From: Cladosporium halotolerans
Lineage: Eukaryota
Direction of reading: 5' to 3'
DNA length: 64,000 nucleotides
Assembly (NCBI RefSeq): GCF_011745625.1
Contig: NW_027191455.1
Span: forward strand, 124,001-188,000
Under the pieces are notes generated by a model that saw nothing but the letters and a program-made list of their open reading frames with translations, had not been told where the DNA came from and searched no databases. Made by a program: the position numbers and the translations under genes. Shown piece by piece: positions 1 through 12,458 of the stretch. Each line of letters starts with the position of its first letter. Position 1 is the stretch's first letter.

Positions 1-160
1 CTTTTGTCGTTGCATCAGTGAACTGCATGACCTCTATCAGCTATATAAGACCTATCTAACACCAGAACGCCGTGCATCTACTACCAAACTGCATCCAAAT
101 ATGTCGACTCGCGTCAAAACACCGCCTGCAAGCCCGACTATCTCATGATTCACAGAACCT

Positions 161-1196
161 CTAAGCGGGACTGTACGAACCAACCCCCAGGCGATCCACG
201 TCTTCCAATTTCCAAGCCTTTGTGAAAGCCTTGCCGCCGCGCAGATAGGCGCCAACCTCACTGGGGTGGACCCAGTTCATGATGACCACCGCAAGCCACA
301 TGACTAGCGCGTCGAAGATGTATAGGAAAGCCTCGCGTGCCATGATGTAGCCGTCGTTGCCCTGCGCGTACTCGACAACTCTCACAATGGATCGGATGAA
401 GATGAGAATACTGACGATGTACAAGGACACCATGTGCTTCTTACAGGGAGTGCTGTGGCATTTGACGGTCGGCATCTTGTTGATGCTGGTGTGGAAGATT
501 GCGGCGGCAATCACGAAAAGGCCGAAAAAGATGACTTGGAGGACCAGACCAGCGATGATGATTGTGTTACCGGTGTCGGAAGAGTCAGCGCTGTCGGCAG
601 TCGCGAGGAGGCCAGCACCTATGCAGAATCGTTAATGGTGGTCACAGATGCTAGAAGGTAATGATATCCGACCTACCAGAAGACTGCATCAAGAAAGACA
701 AAACGTCGCCAGAAACGAAAATCTTCGTCAACCAAGTGCGACGAATGAATAACGCACGCTCTCCTTCGACCATGAGCACAATCCTGCCCAACTCCATGTA
801 GATGCTGGCAGCAAATAGCGCTGGTGCGACGAGCAACAGCACGCTCTGGATGATGTACGGGTTCAGGGTGTAGGGTCCAGGGTTCTCGTTCGCAGACATT
901 CCACGACCGATGTATCCAATCGTTTCAACTGCAAGCTGTCAGTGAATTGCTTGTCTTAGAATGAAAGAAGTGCTAGCTGATTTCATGGACTTACAAAGAC
1001 ATCCGATGAGGAATGGTATCATGAACCATGTCCGAGTTGCGCTCATTTGCACTGCGTGTAGAATGGTAGAGAGGCCGAATAGAATGACGAAAATAACCGC
1101 CGCCGCCATTGAAGGCTCATAGTGGTAGAAAACAAAACCGCCATGAGGATCTTCTGTCGAGTCCTGGCGCGCAAGGAGCGTATTGAGCGCGTCCAT
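161..1196 (-). CDS. RTA1-like 7-TM lipid-translocating/resistance protein; 3 exons (introns 994-929, 676-619)
   Basis: Spliced ORFs join in frame: YHYEPSMAAAVIF..., 'IIQSVLLLVAPALFAASIYMELGRI', 'KIFVSGDVLSFLMQ', 'IRSIVRVVEYAQGNDGY...LYIFDALVM...HP', all typical RTA1-family motifs; GT-AG introns with branch sites. Confidence 0.92.
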
Positions 1197-1970
1197 AATC
1201 CCGACTCCCTATACGAATACTGGTATGGCTTTGGAGTGCGCTAGGCCAACAGTCGACCGCTCGGGATGTCGATGAGGTGGAGAACGAAAACAAGTTGATG
1301 AGAGAGGAACAGCACCTGGTTACAAACGCAAGCAGTGGAGAATGGTTGATGAAAACATTGGAGATACCTGCCTTCTATATGAGCAACGTGTGCCGCTGCT
1401 GACGCGTGAGCGCCACGATCCATGCTGCGGCCAGTTTGATGTTGTTTGAATGCGAGGCCGAGCCCGAAGCAGCGCGAGGAGGGATTTCGCTGAAAGTGGA
1501 GCCTCGCATTCAAGCCCGAGGGCCCTTCAGGGCTTCGCGAAGCCTGCATGTGTCCGTGCTTTCACTTTGTCGGTATCGCTACCCGCGATGATTGGTTCGG
1601 TATCGGACCTTCGAAGACCCGCTATCTGCGTTGTGGATGGGCTCAATTGCAATTTGAGGCTTTGGCAAATGCATTGCTGTGCATGAATGCGTGAGGAACC
1701 TACCAGTTAGGACGCCAGCACAAGGAGCGGAAATGTGCTTCTACAGCAGCGATCAGCAACAAAATTCACAAATAGGACTGTTCACCTGCGCTGGCTAGGA
1801 TGCGGCGTGCCACTTTGGATTAAGATCAATGCTTCTTCCGCAATAGAAGTATTATGTCGTTTCCCATGGGAAGTCTGAACTTTCCGCGAATGATAGGAAT
1901 GCTATCAGCGGTCATCATGCGGTTGTTCCTCGATTCTCCGCCGCGCTGGAGCGGGGCGTACGATATTACA

Positions 1971-3169
1971 CTAATCAAAGCTGATCTTCTTACCCGTGAA
2001 AGCCACAGGTGCATTCTTCTTCTCCTTGGCTGCTTTCGCCGCCGCCCAACTTGGATGAATAGGACCTTCGTCGTCTTTGTGCTTCTTCTTAGGTGGCACA
2101 GGAGCTTCGCCTCCACCGTTCCTGTGTCCAGCTGCGTGTCCTTTGCTGAAGCCACCTCTCGCACCAGCCACACCTCCCCTCTTACCCTTACCGCCATCGG
2201 TAGCACCTCTCTTCATATCCCAGCCCGCATTGCGATCATTCTTCGGATTTGCCAAATGTTTCGCCTTTGCTCCATACTTTTTCTCTGCAATTTGTTGACG
2301 AGCACGTTGTCCACGTCGATTCTTCTTAGCAGGCGCTAGTTCCTCAATATCCGATTCTGGCTCCGAGCCACTTCCAGCAACGTAGCCAACGCTCAGAGAT
2401 GGGATAAAGCTCGATGCTTTGGGTTTCGATGGTGCTGGACGGTCGTCCATACTATCGTCTTCCTCATCATTGGACACATCGGAGCCGGCAATGCGATCGT
2501 CAAATCCCCCAAACTCATCGTCTGAGCCCTCACCCTCGTTGTCTTCAGAATCGGTGATTTCCAGAGGGTTCAGGACCGGTTGCGGAGCTTTCTTATCTTC
2601 AACAACCGGTGAAGCTGATCGTTTCGGTGCTTTCCGTGTAATCCCAGCGGCCCGCTGAATCTCTTCCATCACGGTGTTCAGCGCTTCTTTCGCAGGTTTG
2701 GAGCTCGATAATCTCGACAGAATATTCAGAGTGGCAGCGTCGCGCTGTACAGGAGCTAGCTTGGTAAGTTCCGGCTCTAGTCGCGGCGAGCTCGCGACAG
2801 CCTTGATTTTGAGGAGGCATTTGTAAAGGTGGTGTCTCGCTGCAGTAGTCGTATCGAGTGCCTATGTCCACATCCTGCCGTCAGCTTGATCTTGTAATTT
2901 TCTTCCGTCGCGGCATAATGTACCTTTAATGCTATGATCTCCGCCTCGATCCTTTGTGTATCTTTGTCATTCTTTTGACTCGCTGCCGTCTTCTGCCTCC
3001 GGCCCAATTTCTGACGCTCGAAACCTTTTGCGACTTTGAAGGCGTGACCTAACTTTACCGTGCCTTGCTCAAGCTTGAGCTGCAGCCGCCGCTGCTTGGC
3101 ATCTACGACTGGCTCGGGGGAGCCTTCGGAGACGCCATCTGCGCCGTCCTCGCGCTTTCGTTTAGGCAT
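1971..3169 (-). CDS. BUD22: Bud22/SRFBP1-family ribosome biogenesis protein; 1 intron (2923-2862)
   Basis: N-terminal 'KVAKGFERQKLGRR', C-terminal 'KKNRRGQRARQQIAEKKYG' and 'HPSWAAAKAAKE...FTGKKISFD'; the intron joins the two ORFs in frame. Confidence 0.88.
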
Positions 3170-4457
3170 CGTCGAGGTTGACTGGGAAGGGTGTGAAGCA
3201 AGCGCTCAAGCTCGTGTCGCGCAAAATGTCGGCGCAGATCCCCACGATCTCGGTCTCGGCTACCGGACTGCATGATGCGGACCGTGCCGTTTAAGCGCTC
3301 CCGGCCACATTTCGGCCTCCTTCTCCCTCCTCACTCGTCCCATGTACCGCAAAGATCCGTCGTCATCTCATGCTGCTGACATCTCCTGTCAATACTACGT
3401 CCAATCGTGGAACAATCTCTGAGGGCCATCAAATGCGTGTATGTTGTTGGAGAGTTCAACTACCGAAGTCGTGACTCTTCTCGGTGTCGACGAATGCCAG
3501 CCACTTCAACGGCGTCGCAGACATGGACGTGCTCAGACAAGTCCCCAGTTACAGCTGACTGACGAGCGGATGATGGCTGGCATTTTCGGCAAAATCCATC
3601 GTCTTCACAAAGGCTTGATTTGTAGCTTGGCTAATCGGGTCTCAGACACAAACCAGTAGTGAAACACTGGTAATACTGCCAGATCCAGCCTCAAGCCATA
3701 CAGTCCGTTGCGAACACTGCCCATAAACAAATCATGCTCATGAAAGTCCTCCCATCAATGAAGCAGCCTCTTCTATGCATGAGATTGCCGCCACCATCAG
3801 CGCGGCATAGGCGGCACCTGGGAGCATTTTCCTTTTTAGCAACGCTATTGATTTTCCAACGGCCACCTTGGTCTGTGCTCAACACCTAAACTACCTTCCT
3901 GTGGCAAGTAACATTCTGGTGGCATGTCTCAGGACGCGCAAGCTATGCTGCGATGGCAAGATGCTCTGCGATTCAATCCAATCCGATACTGTGTCACGGA
4001 TATCCGCCTCTCTATCGCTAGACATCTGGATCAGACTTGTCAGCTCCATCACTTCAAAGTCCTCCGGTCAAAGCGCATCGATCCAAACACCAGCCACCGG
4101 GCTTCGAACGTGCCGACGCCCGGTCTGGAACACGCGCATGCCCTTGCGCTCTCTTGAACAGGAACGGTGGCTGCAAGCCTGAAGTACCCCAGATCATGGC
4201 GCCTCATCGAATCGTGCTTTGGCCGCGAGACGGACTCAGACATCCCCATCCATCTGCCCCAGGTATTCTGTAGCTACCGGCCACTCTTACAGCCCCTTCA
4301 CTTTATGTCGCTCTGTAGACGTCTGCGATATAAGTATAGAGCAAAGAGCCAAGACCATGGAGGTTTCTCCTTGCTACTGCCTCCTTGACTCACCTGGTCG
4401 AAGGTCTCGTCTTGATCCTTCCTCTGCTTCATCCGCGGAGCTGTGCTGTCTGCTGTC

Positions 4458-5660
4458 ATGTTTTCGCTTCTGACCTCTGTCAGCCTGCTCACGGCCCTGA
4501 CCCCAAGTCTCATTCAAGCTCGGTTTGCCACACAAGGATCAAGCAATGTCGCCGTCTATTGGGGTATTTCATCAGTAAGATACCACGACTATGCGAAGCT
4601 GACAGCGACTCCAGGACAGGCCAGCGGTGGCATGGAGCAGAAGAACTTGGCTACTTACTGTGCAGGTAGACTTCAGTGCGATGATTCCTGAGCCTTCACA
4701 ACGGCCGCTAACGAGGATACAGATTCCAACATCGACATTATACCAATGGCCTTCCTATTCCAAATGACCACAGGCGTTGGTGGCGAGCCTGTGATCGATT
4801 TCTCTAGTTCATCGAAGAGCTGCACGACATTCAATGGAACGGGCCTCTTGGAATGTCCCGAAATCGCCAAGGACATCTCCACTTGCCAAACGCAATACAA
4901 TAAGACCATCCTGCTGTCCATAGGAGGTGCGACTTACACCGAAGGAGGCTTCCAGTCCGAGGACGCTGCCACGAAGGGCGCAAAGAAGATCTGGGAAACC
5001 TTCGGCCCGAAACAAGACAACTCCACAGCCCTTAGACCCTTCGGCGACGTGAGCCTCGACGGCTTCGACTTCGACTTCGAGTCCGTCATCACCAACATGG
5101 TCCCCTTCGGCAAGACGCTGCGCTCGCTCATGGACGACCGCACCTCGAAGACCGGCACCAAGTACTTCATCACCGCCGCTCCACAGTGCCCCTACCCCGA
5201 CGCCGCGGACAACGAAATGCTAGACGGCCAAGTCTACTTCGACGCCGTCTTCGTGCAGTTCTACAACAACTACTGCGGCGTGCAGTCTTTCCAGCCGGAC
5301 GCCGCTAACCAGACTAGCTTCAACTACAATACGTGGGACGAGTGGGCGCGCACGAAGTCGCTGAACAAGGGCGTTAAAGTCTTCGTCGGTGTCCCCGCGG
5401 GCCCGACGGCCGCTGGTACGGGTTACGTGCCCGTCGAGACGCTGACGAAAGTCATCGACTATGCGAAAGGTTTCGACAGCTTCGGCGGTGTGATGATGTG
5501 GGATGCTGCACAGGCTTATGCCAATCAGGGATTTCTCCCTGGGGTGAAAGGCGCGGTGGGCCACGTCAAGAGGAGGAGGATGATTCGACGCGACGGCGGT
5601 GAGCGAGATCGATTGGCACCGTTCAGAAGGCCGGCGATCCGTGGAGCGCGGTGGCGATGA
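4458..5660 (+). CDS. Secreted GH18 class III (Cts1-like) chitinase; introns ~4564-4614 and 4666-4722
   Basis: Signal peptide MFSLLTSVSLLTAL..., 'VAVYWGQ', 'ILLSIGGA', catalytic DxxDxDxE ('DGFDFDFE'), 'AAPQCPYPD', 'VQFYNNYC', 'GGVMMWD'. Confidence 0.93.
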
Positions 5661-5776
5661 GGAGGGTCGACGGGCGACGGGCGAGCATTACGGCGGTACA
5701 CCATGGACGGGCGTTGGGATGATCTAGCATTTATGAGATACCCTTTCTTTAATGACACACTTCTTCACTTTGGCAA

Positions 5777-6313
5777 TCAAGAGCCGTACGGCTGGCAGAC
5801 CACCACAGGGCCCTTATAGACCTTGCGAGCGACTAGAACGTAATAGACAGTCGTAAAGCCCAATACACCCGCGAACATGACTGGCGACCAGTTGAAGTTG
5901 GCTGCTGTCACGGGGTACGACGGCGGGATGACGGAGAAGAACATGAGCCAGAAGCCATATATCGAGCCTAAGATGTTGATCGGAAGGCCGAAGCGTCCGA
6001 GTGACCATGCGTATGGCGGCAGTGGAGCACCGCACAAACGACGCCAGATTAGGCAAAGGATCGAAAGCTCGTACGTGAAGGCCAGAGCTAGCGTGCCGAG
6101 GGAGATGATGGCTTGCAACGCAACCGTGCTCCCGAGAACGATCAGTGTGACGAGGATGACGAACGCACAGCATACGCGGAGAGCATTCTGGGAAGATCCG
6201 CCGCGGGCGTCGACTTTAGCGATCCAATTCCTGAAAGGGAATCCGTCGTCGCGGGCAAAAGCGAAGAGTTGGCGGGACGTGGCGGCAGTGAAGTTCAGGA
6301 CGCTGCCGAAGGT
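5777..6313 (-). pseudogene. C-terminal half of an APC-family (GABA/choline-type) amino-acid permease; 5' half missing
   Basis: Open frame reads 'FGSVLNFTAATSRQLFAFARDDGFPF...WSLGRFGLPIN...PPSYPVTAANFNWS...YKGPVV'. No recognisable upstream permease exons or start. Confidence 0.7.
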
Positions 6314-6922
6314 CGTCTTCTGCGGCGCGCTGATGACCGCCCTGATCGTGATGATGGCGAGTATGAGTTTCTACAACCAGATGCGAGCGAAGAGCCTGTT
6401 ACATTTGGATGGGTTAGTCGCTTTTGCAGGGACTGTGAGTAGTTGGCTCGATGGCCTCGAAAGGAAGGCTTTCCCTGACTGACTGGTATCGAGATACTCG
6501 CAATCGGTTCCTACGCAACATTCGTCCACGCGAAGAACATCGGATTCGGAAAGCATGTGCATGTTCACGACGATCTAGGTCTGAATGCAATCGGGAAAAC
6601 CATTTTGGGTGTGATTCTCCTTTCGATCTTGTCGCAAGGACTCGTTGTCTTAGCATTCAACTTGCTAGCCAGAAAGACCGCTCGTAGCCAACATCTTATC
6701 CGGAACACCGATATTATCTCTGGCGTCCTTGTCATTTGGACGATTTCCAATGTCGTGGTTATTGCGTTGAGTATGTCAACAAAGAATTCGCCGCCGGTAC
6801 GTATCCACAGAATGGGAACTCCCGAAGTGATGAGAAAGCTGATCGAGCTTCGACAGCGATGCCATACTGGTGCGGCGTTCTGTCGAGGTCAGTTGAAGAA
6901 ATATTGCAGTAGAGTAAAGTAG
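6312..6922 (+). pseudogene. Fragment of a rhodopsin-domain (PTH11-like) membrane protein gene; introns ~6435-6493 and ~6797-6856
   Basis: Spliced translation 'VVFCGALMTALIVMM...LDGLVAFAGT|ILAIGSYATFVHAKNIGFGKHV...ILLSILSQGL...VLVIWTISNVVVIAL' has the TM pattern and GxGKH motif. The first acceptor is an atypical GAG, and the frame stops early after intron 2. Confidence 0.5.
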
Positions 6923-8179
6923 GCACGAGAACGCGTTTAGCACGTTTTCCTGGGCCAAGAGAAGAGAATCACATGTGAGGCCAAAAATATCGGCAGTACC
7001 GTAGGCACTTAAACAACCTTATCAAAGCGAGAAAGCGCATCGGAAGAGGGTTGATCCTCTGCCTATATGTAAAGGCGTGCATGCAGGAGAGCTTCTGCAG
7101 GGCAAGTCTCACAGCAAGCAGCACGCGGTTTGCTCCGCAGCCGCCCTTCTCGTACATAAACATGACGAACGCACAGTCCCCTCCTGGCGGATGTCCACGT
7201 TATCGTAATCGCTCGCGAGCTCCACACGGAAGGGCTGGGCGTGGGGAAGGCGCTGGCTTCGGGCGATCTCGTTTGCGTCGCAGGCCAGCCCAGCGGAAGA
7301 TGATGTGCCGCGGAGGCTGTGCTCGGGTAATGCGGCGGTGGTGGCTAGCGGCGACAGAAAATAGCTCTAGCCTTGCGTTGTGGTCCTGGTGGATTAAAAG
7401 CCGCGGCCAGATGTGTAACAACTCGAGATGCCGATGGAGGTAAGGTAAGATGACATGCAATAGGCCGCGGGTATCCGAGAAAAGTGCGCTGCGGGCTAAG
7501 AGTCTTTGACGAAGCGTGGATTGGCGAGGCTGGTGCCGAGGATCTACGCTTTCTCCGCGCCCAGACATGGTTTGCGGAGAGAAGTACTGTACTAAAGTAT
7601 ATGCGCGTGAAAAGACGCGGGATGTGTATAGTGACGCCTGGCTGGGTGGCCGAACTGAGGCGTTCGCAGTGAAGGCAGCACTATCCCACGGTATCGGTTC
7701 GCGAAGGCACCCTCCACGCGCAGGCAACCGACCAGATGCGGTAGTGACGCACATGACACGGAGTCACGGTCTCCTCGATGCGGCTGTCATGTACAGGCAG
7801 GGAGCCAAGGCGCATTGCAGCAATCACCGTGGGAAGTAGACGACATCGCGGCGCTGCCTTTCCTCCGCTTGTCCACCGCACCGAGATCACCGCTCCAGCG
7901 CTGTCTAGCCCGCAATCGTGACGTTTTATTACGACCCTCGACCGAAGGGATAGACGTCCTCGGTCGTCATGCGTGGGCTAGCAGCCGCCCAGCGCGCGGT
8001 ACTACTTCAGCTGCGTAGCCTTCCATTTCCCCGCAGCATCTGCGATCCCGCCACCAGGACAGACCAGCTCTGTGCATCGCTCGTCAGTCCAGCAGCGGCA
8101 ACCATAGCCTCGCTTCTCAGCTTCCAGAGCAATTGTCCGTCTCGTGCCCGTAAATCGCTAGGCCCGCCAGCCTGTCTAC

Positions 8180-8242
8180 CCGATCACGCCCGACCTTCCC
8201 TACTGCGCGCCTGGCGACGTGCCCAGCTTCCGACCTGCTCCG
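8180..8242 (+). promoter_or_regulatory. Two CCG-N7-CCG direct repeats (8180-8192, 8230-8242), AcuK/AcuM-type gluconeogenic activator sites
   Basis: CCGatcacgcCCG and CCGacctgctCCG lie 130-195 bp upstream of the PCK1 ATG; this motif is described for the AcuK/AcuM Zn2Cys6 heterodimer at Aspergillus gluconeogenic genes. Confidence 0.6.
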
Positions 8243-8373
8243 GCGTTTTACGTCTAGAACACCAATCACGGCACCGCTCCGCAAGCACTCTGGTCCCCGG
8301 GAATCAAGACACTGTGGGGCAAGGAGCATCACATCGAGCCTCCACGAGCTCTGTTCCGAGACTTGGAGACAAA

Positions 8374-10698
8374 ATGTCCCTCCCGGCGAGTGGTATTAAT
8401 ACTCGCCCTGCCCCTCCTGCGAGGGCTTACACTCCCCCTCCACCAAACACAAACTCCCCAAGCACATTTTTTACAGATCAAATTGCAAAGCAACAGAGGG
8501 GCAACTTTCATTCCACATCTCTACGTACCGTCAGCACAATGGTTTCCCAGAGCGTCAACAAGACCGCTCTGCACCCTAAGGGTGTCGAGTATGTTGCCCT
8601 CGTGGCTGTCTAGAGCAGATGTCCACGCCAGTTCCTCGCTTCACAGCACTGCAAGTACTAACATTGTACCTCAAGGCCCCAGCAAGAGCACACCGAGATC
8701 GAGGAGGAACTTCACGAGAAAGCTCACATTGACTACGACCGTGTCGCCATTGTAAGACCACCACGCTACACCTGGTAGCCACACCATGCAAGCCAAACTA
8801 ACACCGTCTCAAGATCGCCAACCCTGCCGTTCCCGCCCTGTACGAGGATGCGCTCGTCTACGAGACCGGTTCCGCCATCACATCCACAGGCGCCCTCTCC
8901 GCATACTCTGGTGCTAAGACTGGCCGTTCGCCTTCCGACAAGCGCGTTGTGGAGGAGGACAGCTCCAAGAACAACATCTGGTGGGGCCCGGTCAACAAGC
9001 CGATGTCTCCTGAGGTGAGTGGCATCATGATACCCCCTGCACACTTTTGCTCGTCGTCACGATGGTATGCAGCCTCGAGCCCAGTTCCCGGCCTATCGCG
9101 TGGGCTGCGGGGCAAGCTGCATACGTCACGCAGCGGCACAGCCCATCCCCGCAGTCTCGGCTGATCGTGCCATCGGGCGTTGTCGGCATCTGGCCTCGGT
9201 TGGCTTGCTGGCTTCCGCTTTCACGTGCTTCCCGGCGTCCGAGCATCGTCTGGGTGTGGTTCCATGCCCGAATACAGCTGCTAACCATCGATGCACAGGT
9301 CTGGAGGATCAACCGTGAGCGTGCCGTCGACTACCTGAACACCCGCAACCGCATCTACGTTATCGATGGTTTCGCCGGCTGGGACGAGCGCTACCGCATC
9401 AACGTTCGCGTTGTCTGCGCCCGCGCCTACCATGCCCTCTTCATGCGCAACATGCTCATCAGGCCCTCTCGCAAGGAGCTCGAGCACTTCCACCCTGACT
9501 ACGTGATTTACAACGCTGGTGCCTTCCCTGCCAACCGCTTCACCACCGGTATGACCTCTGCGACCTCCGTTTCGATCAACTTCGCCGAAAAGGAGATGGT
9601 CATTCTCGGTACTGAGTACGCTGGAGAGATGAAGAAAGGAATCTTCACCGTCCTGTACTACGAGATGCCCATCAAGCACGACGTTCTCACTCTCCACTCC
9701 TCCGCCAACGAGGGTACCAACGGCGACGTCACTGTCTTCTTCGGTCTTTCCGGCACTGGCAAGACCACCCTCTCCGCCGACCCTAAGCGTGCTCTGATTG
9801 GCGACGATGAGCACTGCTGGAGTGACCGCGGCGTCTTCAACATTGAGGGCGGCTGCTACGCCAAGTGCATTGGCCTCTCCGCCGAGAAGGAGCCCGATAT
9901 TTTCAACGCCATCAAGTTCGGCTCCATCCTCGAGAACGTCGTTTTCGACCCTGAGACTCGCGTTGTCGATTACGACGACACCACCCTCACCGAGAACACT
10001 CGCTGCGCCTACCCGATTGAGTACATCGAGAACACCAAGATCCCTTGCGTCTCCACCAACCACCCGACCAACATCATTCTCCTGACCTGCGACGCCCGCG
10101 GTGTCCTTCCTCCCATCTCCAAGCTCAACACTGAGCAGACCATGTACCACTTCATCTCCGGCTACACCTCCAAGATGGCCGGTACCGAGGAGGGTGTCAC
10201 CGAGCCCCAGGCCACCTTCTCCTCTTGCTTCGCCCAGCCCTTCCTCGCCCTTCACCCCATGAAGTACGCCAAGATGCTCGCGGACAAGATCGCCTCCCAC
10301 AACGCCAACGCCTGGCTCCTCAACACCGGCTGGACCGGTGCCGGTGTCAAGGACAACGGCAAGCGCTGCCCTGTACGTTACTTCTGCCCCCACTCTCCAA
10401 CCCGAAAAAACAACACTAACATCCCTCCCAGCTCAAGTACACCCGCGCCATCCTCGACGCCATCCACTCCGGCGAGCTCGCCAAGCAGGAGTACGAAGTC
10501 TACGAGACCTTCAATCTCTCCGTCCCCAAGGCCTGCCCCGGCGTGCCCGACGAGCTCCTCAACCCGGCCAAGGGCTGGACCGGCGCCTCCGACTTCAAGG
10601 GCGAGGTCACCAAGCTCGGCGAGCTGTTCCGCGAGAACTTCAAGAAGTACGCCGACGAGGCCACGCCTGAGGTCCTCGCTGCTGCGCCGCAGGTGTAG
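8374..10698 (+). CDS. PCK1: Phosphoenolpyruvate carboxykinase (ATP); introns 8589-8675, 8752-8813, 9015-9298, 10373-10431; alternative ATG at 8539
   Basis: '[10 protein letters not shown]', '[11 protein letters not shown]', '[13 protein letters not shown]' P-loop, 'LIGDDEHCW', 'NIEGGCYAK', 'TENTRCAYP'; strong codon bias; all introns restore the frame. Confidence 0.98.
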
Positions 10699-11582
10699 AT
10701 GAGAAGAAGCGTTTGCTGGGGAGAGGTGTTGTGAATATTGCTGTTGAGATGAATATACCACTTTGTGACGAGGATGGGAGTCTCGGGCGTTTTTTTCTTG
10801 GGAATATGGCATAGTTACGAACCAGATGAGCAAAGTTCTCTTGAATGAAAATTGTCAAATATTACTTGTGTCTCTCTCTTCTCTCATCCTCTCGACTTCT
10901 CGCAGCATGTTTGGCAACAGTATGTATCATTGACTTCTATGGCGAACCATTTGGCGGTCTCTCCGACAAGGTCTCCACGTTTAGACAGTCTAGAAGCGAT
11001 GGTAGTACAGCATCACAGAAAATCGTTCCAGAGGTCCTAAGGTAAACATCGAAAAGAATCCATCTCTCCACGAAACGAAGATAAACTCAGATACTTACAT
11101 CTCCCATGATCATCGAACCCTAGATCTTGGGCGGGAGAAACTTTGATGCCTCAGACTATTGGCGAAAGTGGTGGAGTGACTACACCTGACTATTGAGCGG
11201 CTCGCCTAGCGATCGGCGGCGGTCACTCCACCTACCTATTCTTGTTGCGTGCATTGGCGAGAAGTGGGGCTCTCCACGTGCCCCATCTCACCCAAGGTAC
11301 AACTCCAACATGTAACCTCACTTGCAACTTGCATATCTGGAGCGACTCGTACCCGAATTCGAGTGAAGAGTCGCCAGGCTTCACTGCTCGCCGTGGTTTG
11401 CTTTTGGCCTTCGCGTACAACAGCAGCAGGCAGCTCCACAACCGTCATCCAGCACATCAGCCTCAACACACCAGACCGCCACCACAATACCAAAGTCAAA
11501 AACACAAGGACCTCAGGAAAAAAACACATCTTCTCAAACAAAACCCTCCCAAAAAAAAAAAAAATCTAAACACCCAAAAATC

Positions 11583-12458
11583 ATGCCCACCCCACCCCCC
11601 GACCTCCGCTCCCTGCTCGCCTCCCAAGGCTACATCGTCGTCCCCTCCAACCTCACCCCCACAACCCTCGCCGCCCTCCGCGCCATCTCCCACAACGCCA
11701 CCACGCTCTCGCGCGCCGGCAAATGGCCGCACATCCGCACGCTCCCGCGGCAGTTCCCGCCCTGGCCCTCCGACCCCTCGCTCGGCATCTGGGGCGTGCA
11801 GCAGCTCATGAACCCCGCGCTGCCGGGCCACGAGCTCTTCACCCAGACCTACTTCTCCGCCGCCACGATCGCGACCGTCAAGCAGCTGCTGGGGCCGGGC
11901 TGCGAGGACGCGCAGCTGGTCATGGAGCTGTTTAATCTGCTCGTGGCGCCGGACGAGGACTTCGAGCTGCGCTGGCACCGCGACGATATTCCGCCGAGCG
12001 CGAGCGCGGAGGAGGAGCTGGAGAGGCTGCGCCAGCCGGCGTGGCACGCGCAGTGGAACCTGGCGTTGCACGAGGACGAGTCGCTGATTCTGGTGCCGGG
12101 CAGCCACGCGCGGGCGCGGACGGAGGCCGAGCGCGGCGCGGGGCCGTACGATGTGCTGCCGGGCGAGATCAGGGTGAAGCTGGCGCCGGGCGAGATGGCG
12201 TTCTACAATAATAATATCTTGCACCGCGGGGCGTATAGGAAGGATGTTGAGAGGATGACGCTGCATGGGAGTATGGGGCACGTGGAGGGCGGGGCGCTAA
12301 GGGCGAGGAATGTGCTGCAGCATGGGAGGGGGTGGATTGGGAGGGTGGATTTGGGGGGGTTGGAGGGGGAGGAGAGGAGGAGGGCGGAGGGGATGAGGGA
12401 TCGGTTGGTGGCGTTGGGGTCGAGGTTTGAGGAGACGGGGTTTTCGCAGGATGATTGA
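11583..12458 (+). CDS. Phytanoyl-CoA dioxygenase (PhyH)-family Fe(II)/2OG oxygenase, intronless
   Basis: HxD...H facial triad ('WHRDD', 'ILHRG'), 'LILVPGSH', 'RMTLHGS', 'PRQFPPW'. Confidence 0.85.
   Translation: MPTPPPDLRSLLASQGYIVVPSNLTPTTLAALRAISHNATTLSRAGKWPHIRTLPRQFPPWPSDPSLGIWGVQQLMNPALPGHELFTQTYFSAATIATVKQLLGPGCEDAQLVMELFNLLVAPDEDFELRWHRDDIPPSASAEEELERLRQPAWHAQWNLALHEDESLILVPGSHARARTEAERGAGPYDVLPGEIRVKLAPGEMAFYNNNILHRGAYRKDVERMTLHGSMGHVEGGALRARNVLQHGRGWIGRVDLGGLEGEERRRAEGMRDRLVALGSRFEETGFSQDD

Noticed and set aside
9281..10393. 370-aa antisense ORF over PCK1, and similar shadows over MEU1, OXA1, DJ-1 and hapX (47265-48488)
   Set aside because: Expected by-product of strong C/G-ending codon bias on the sense strand; no independent motifs.
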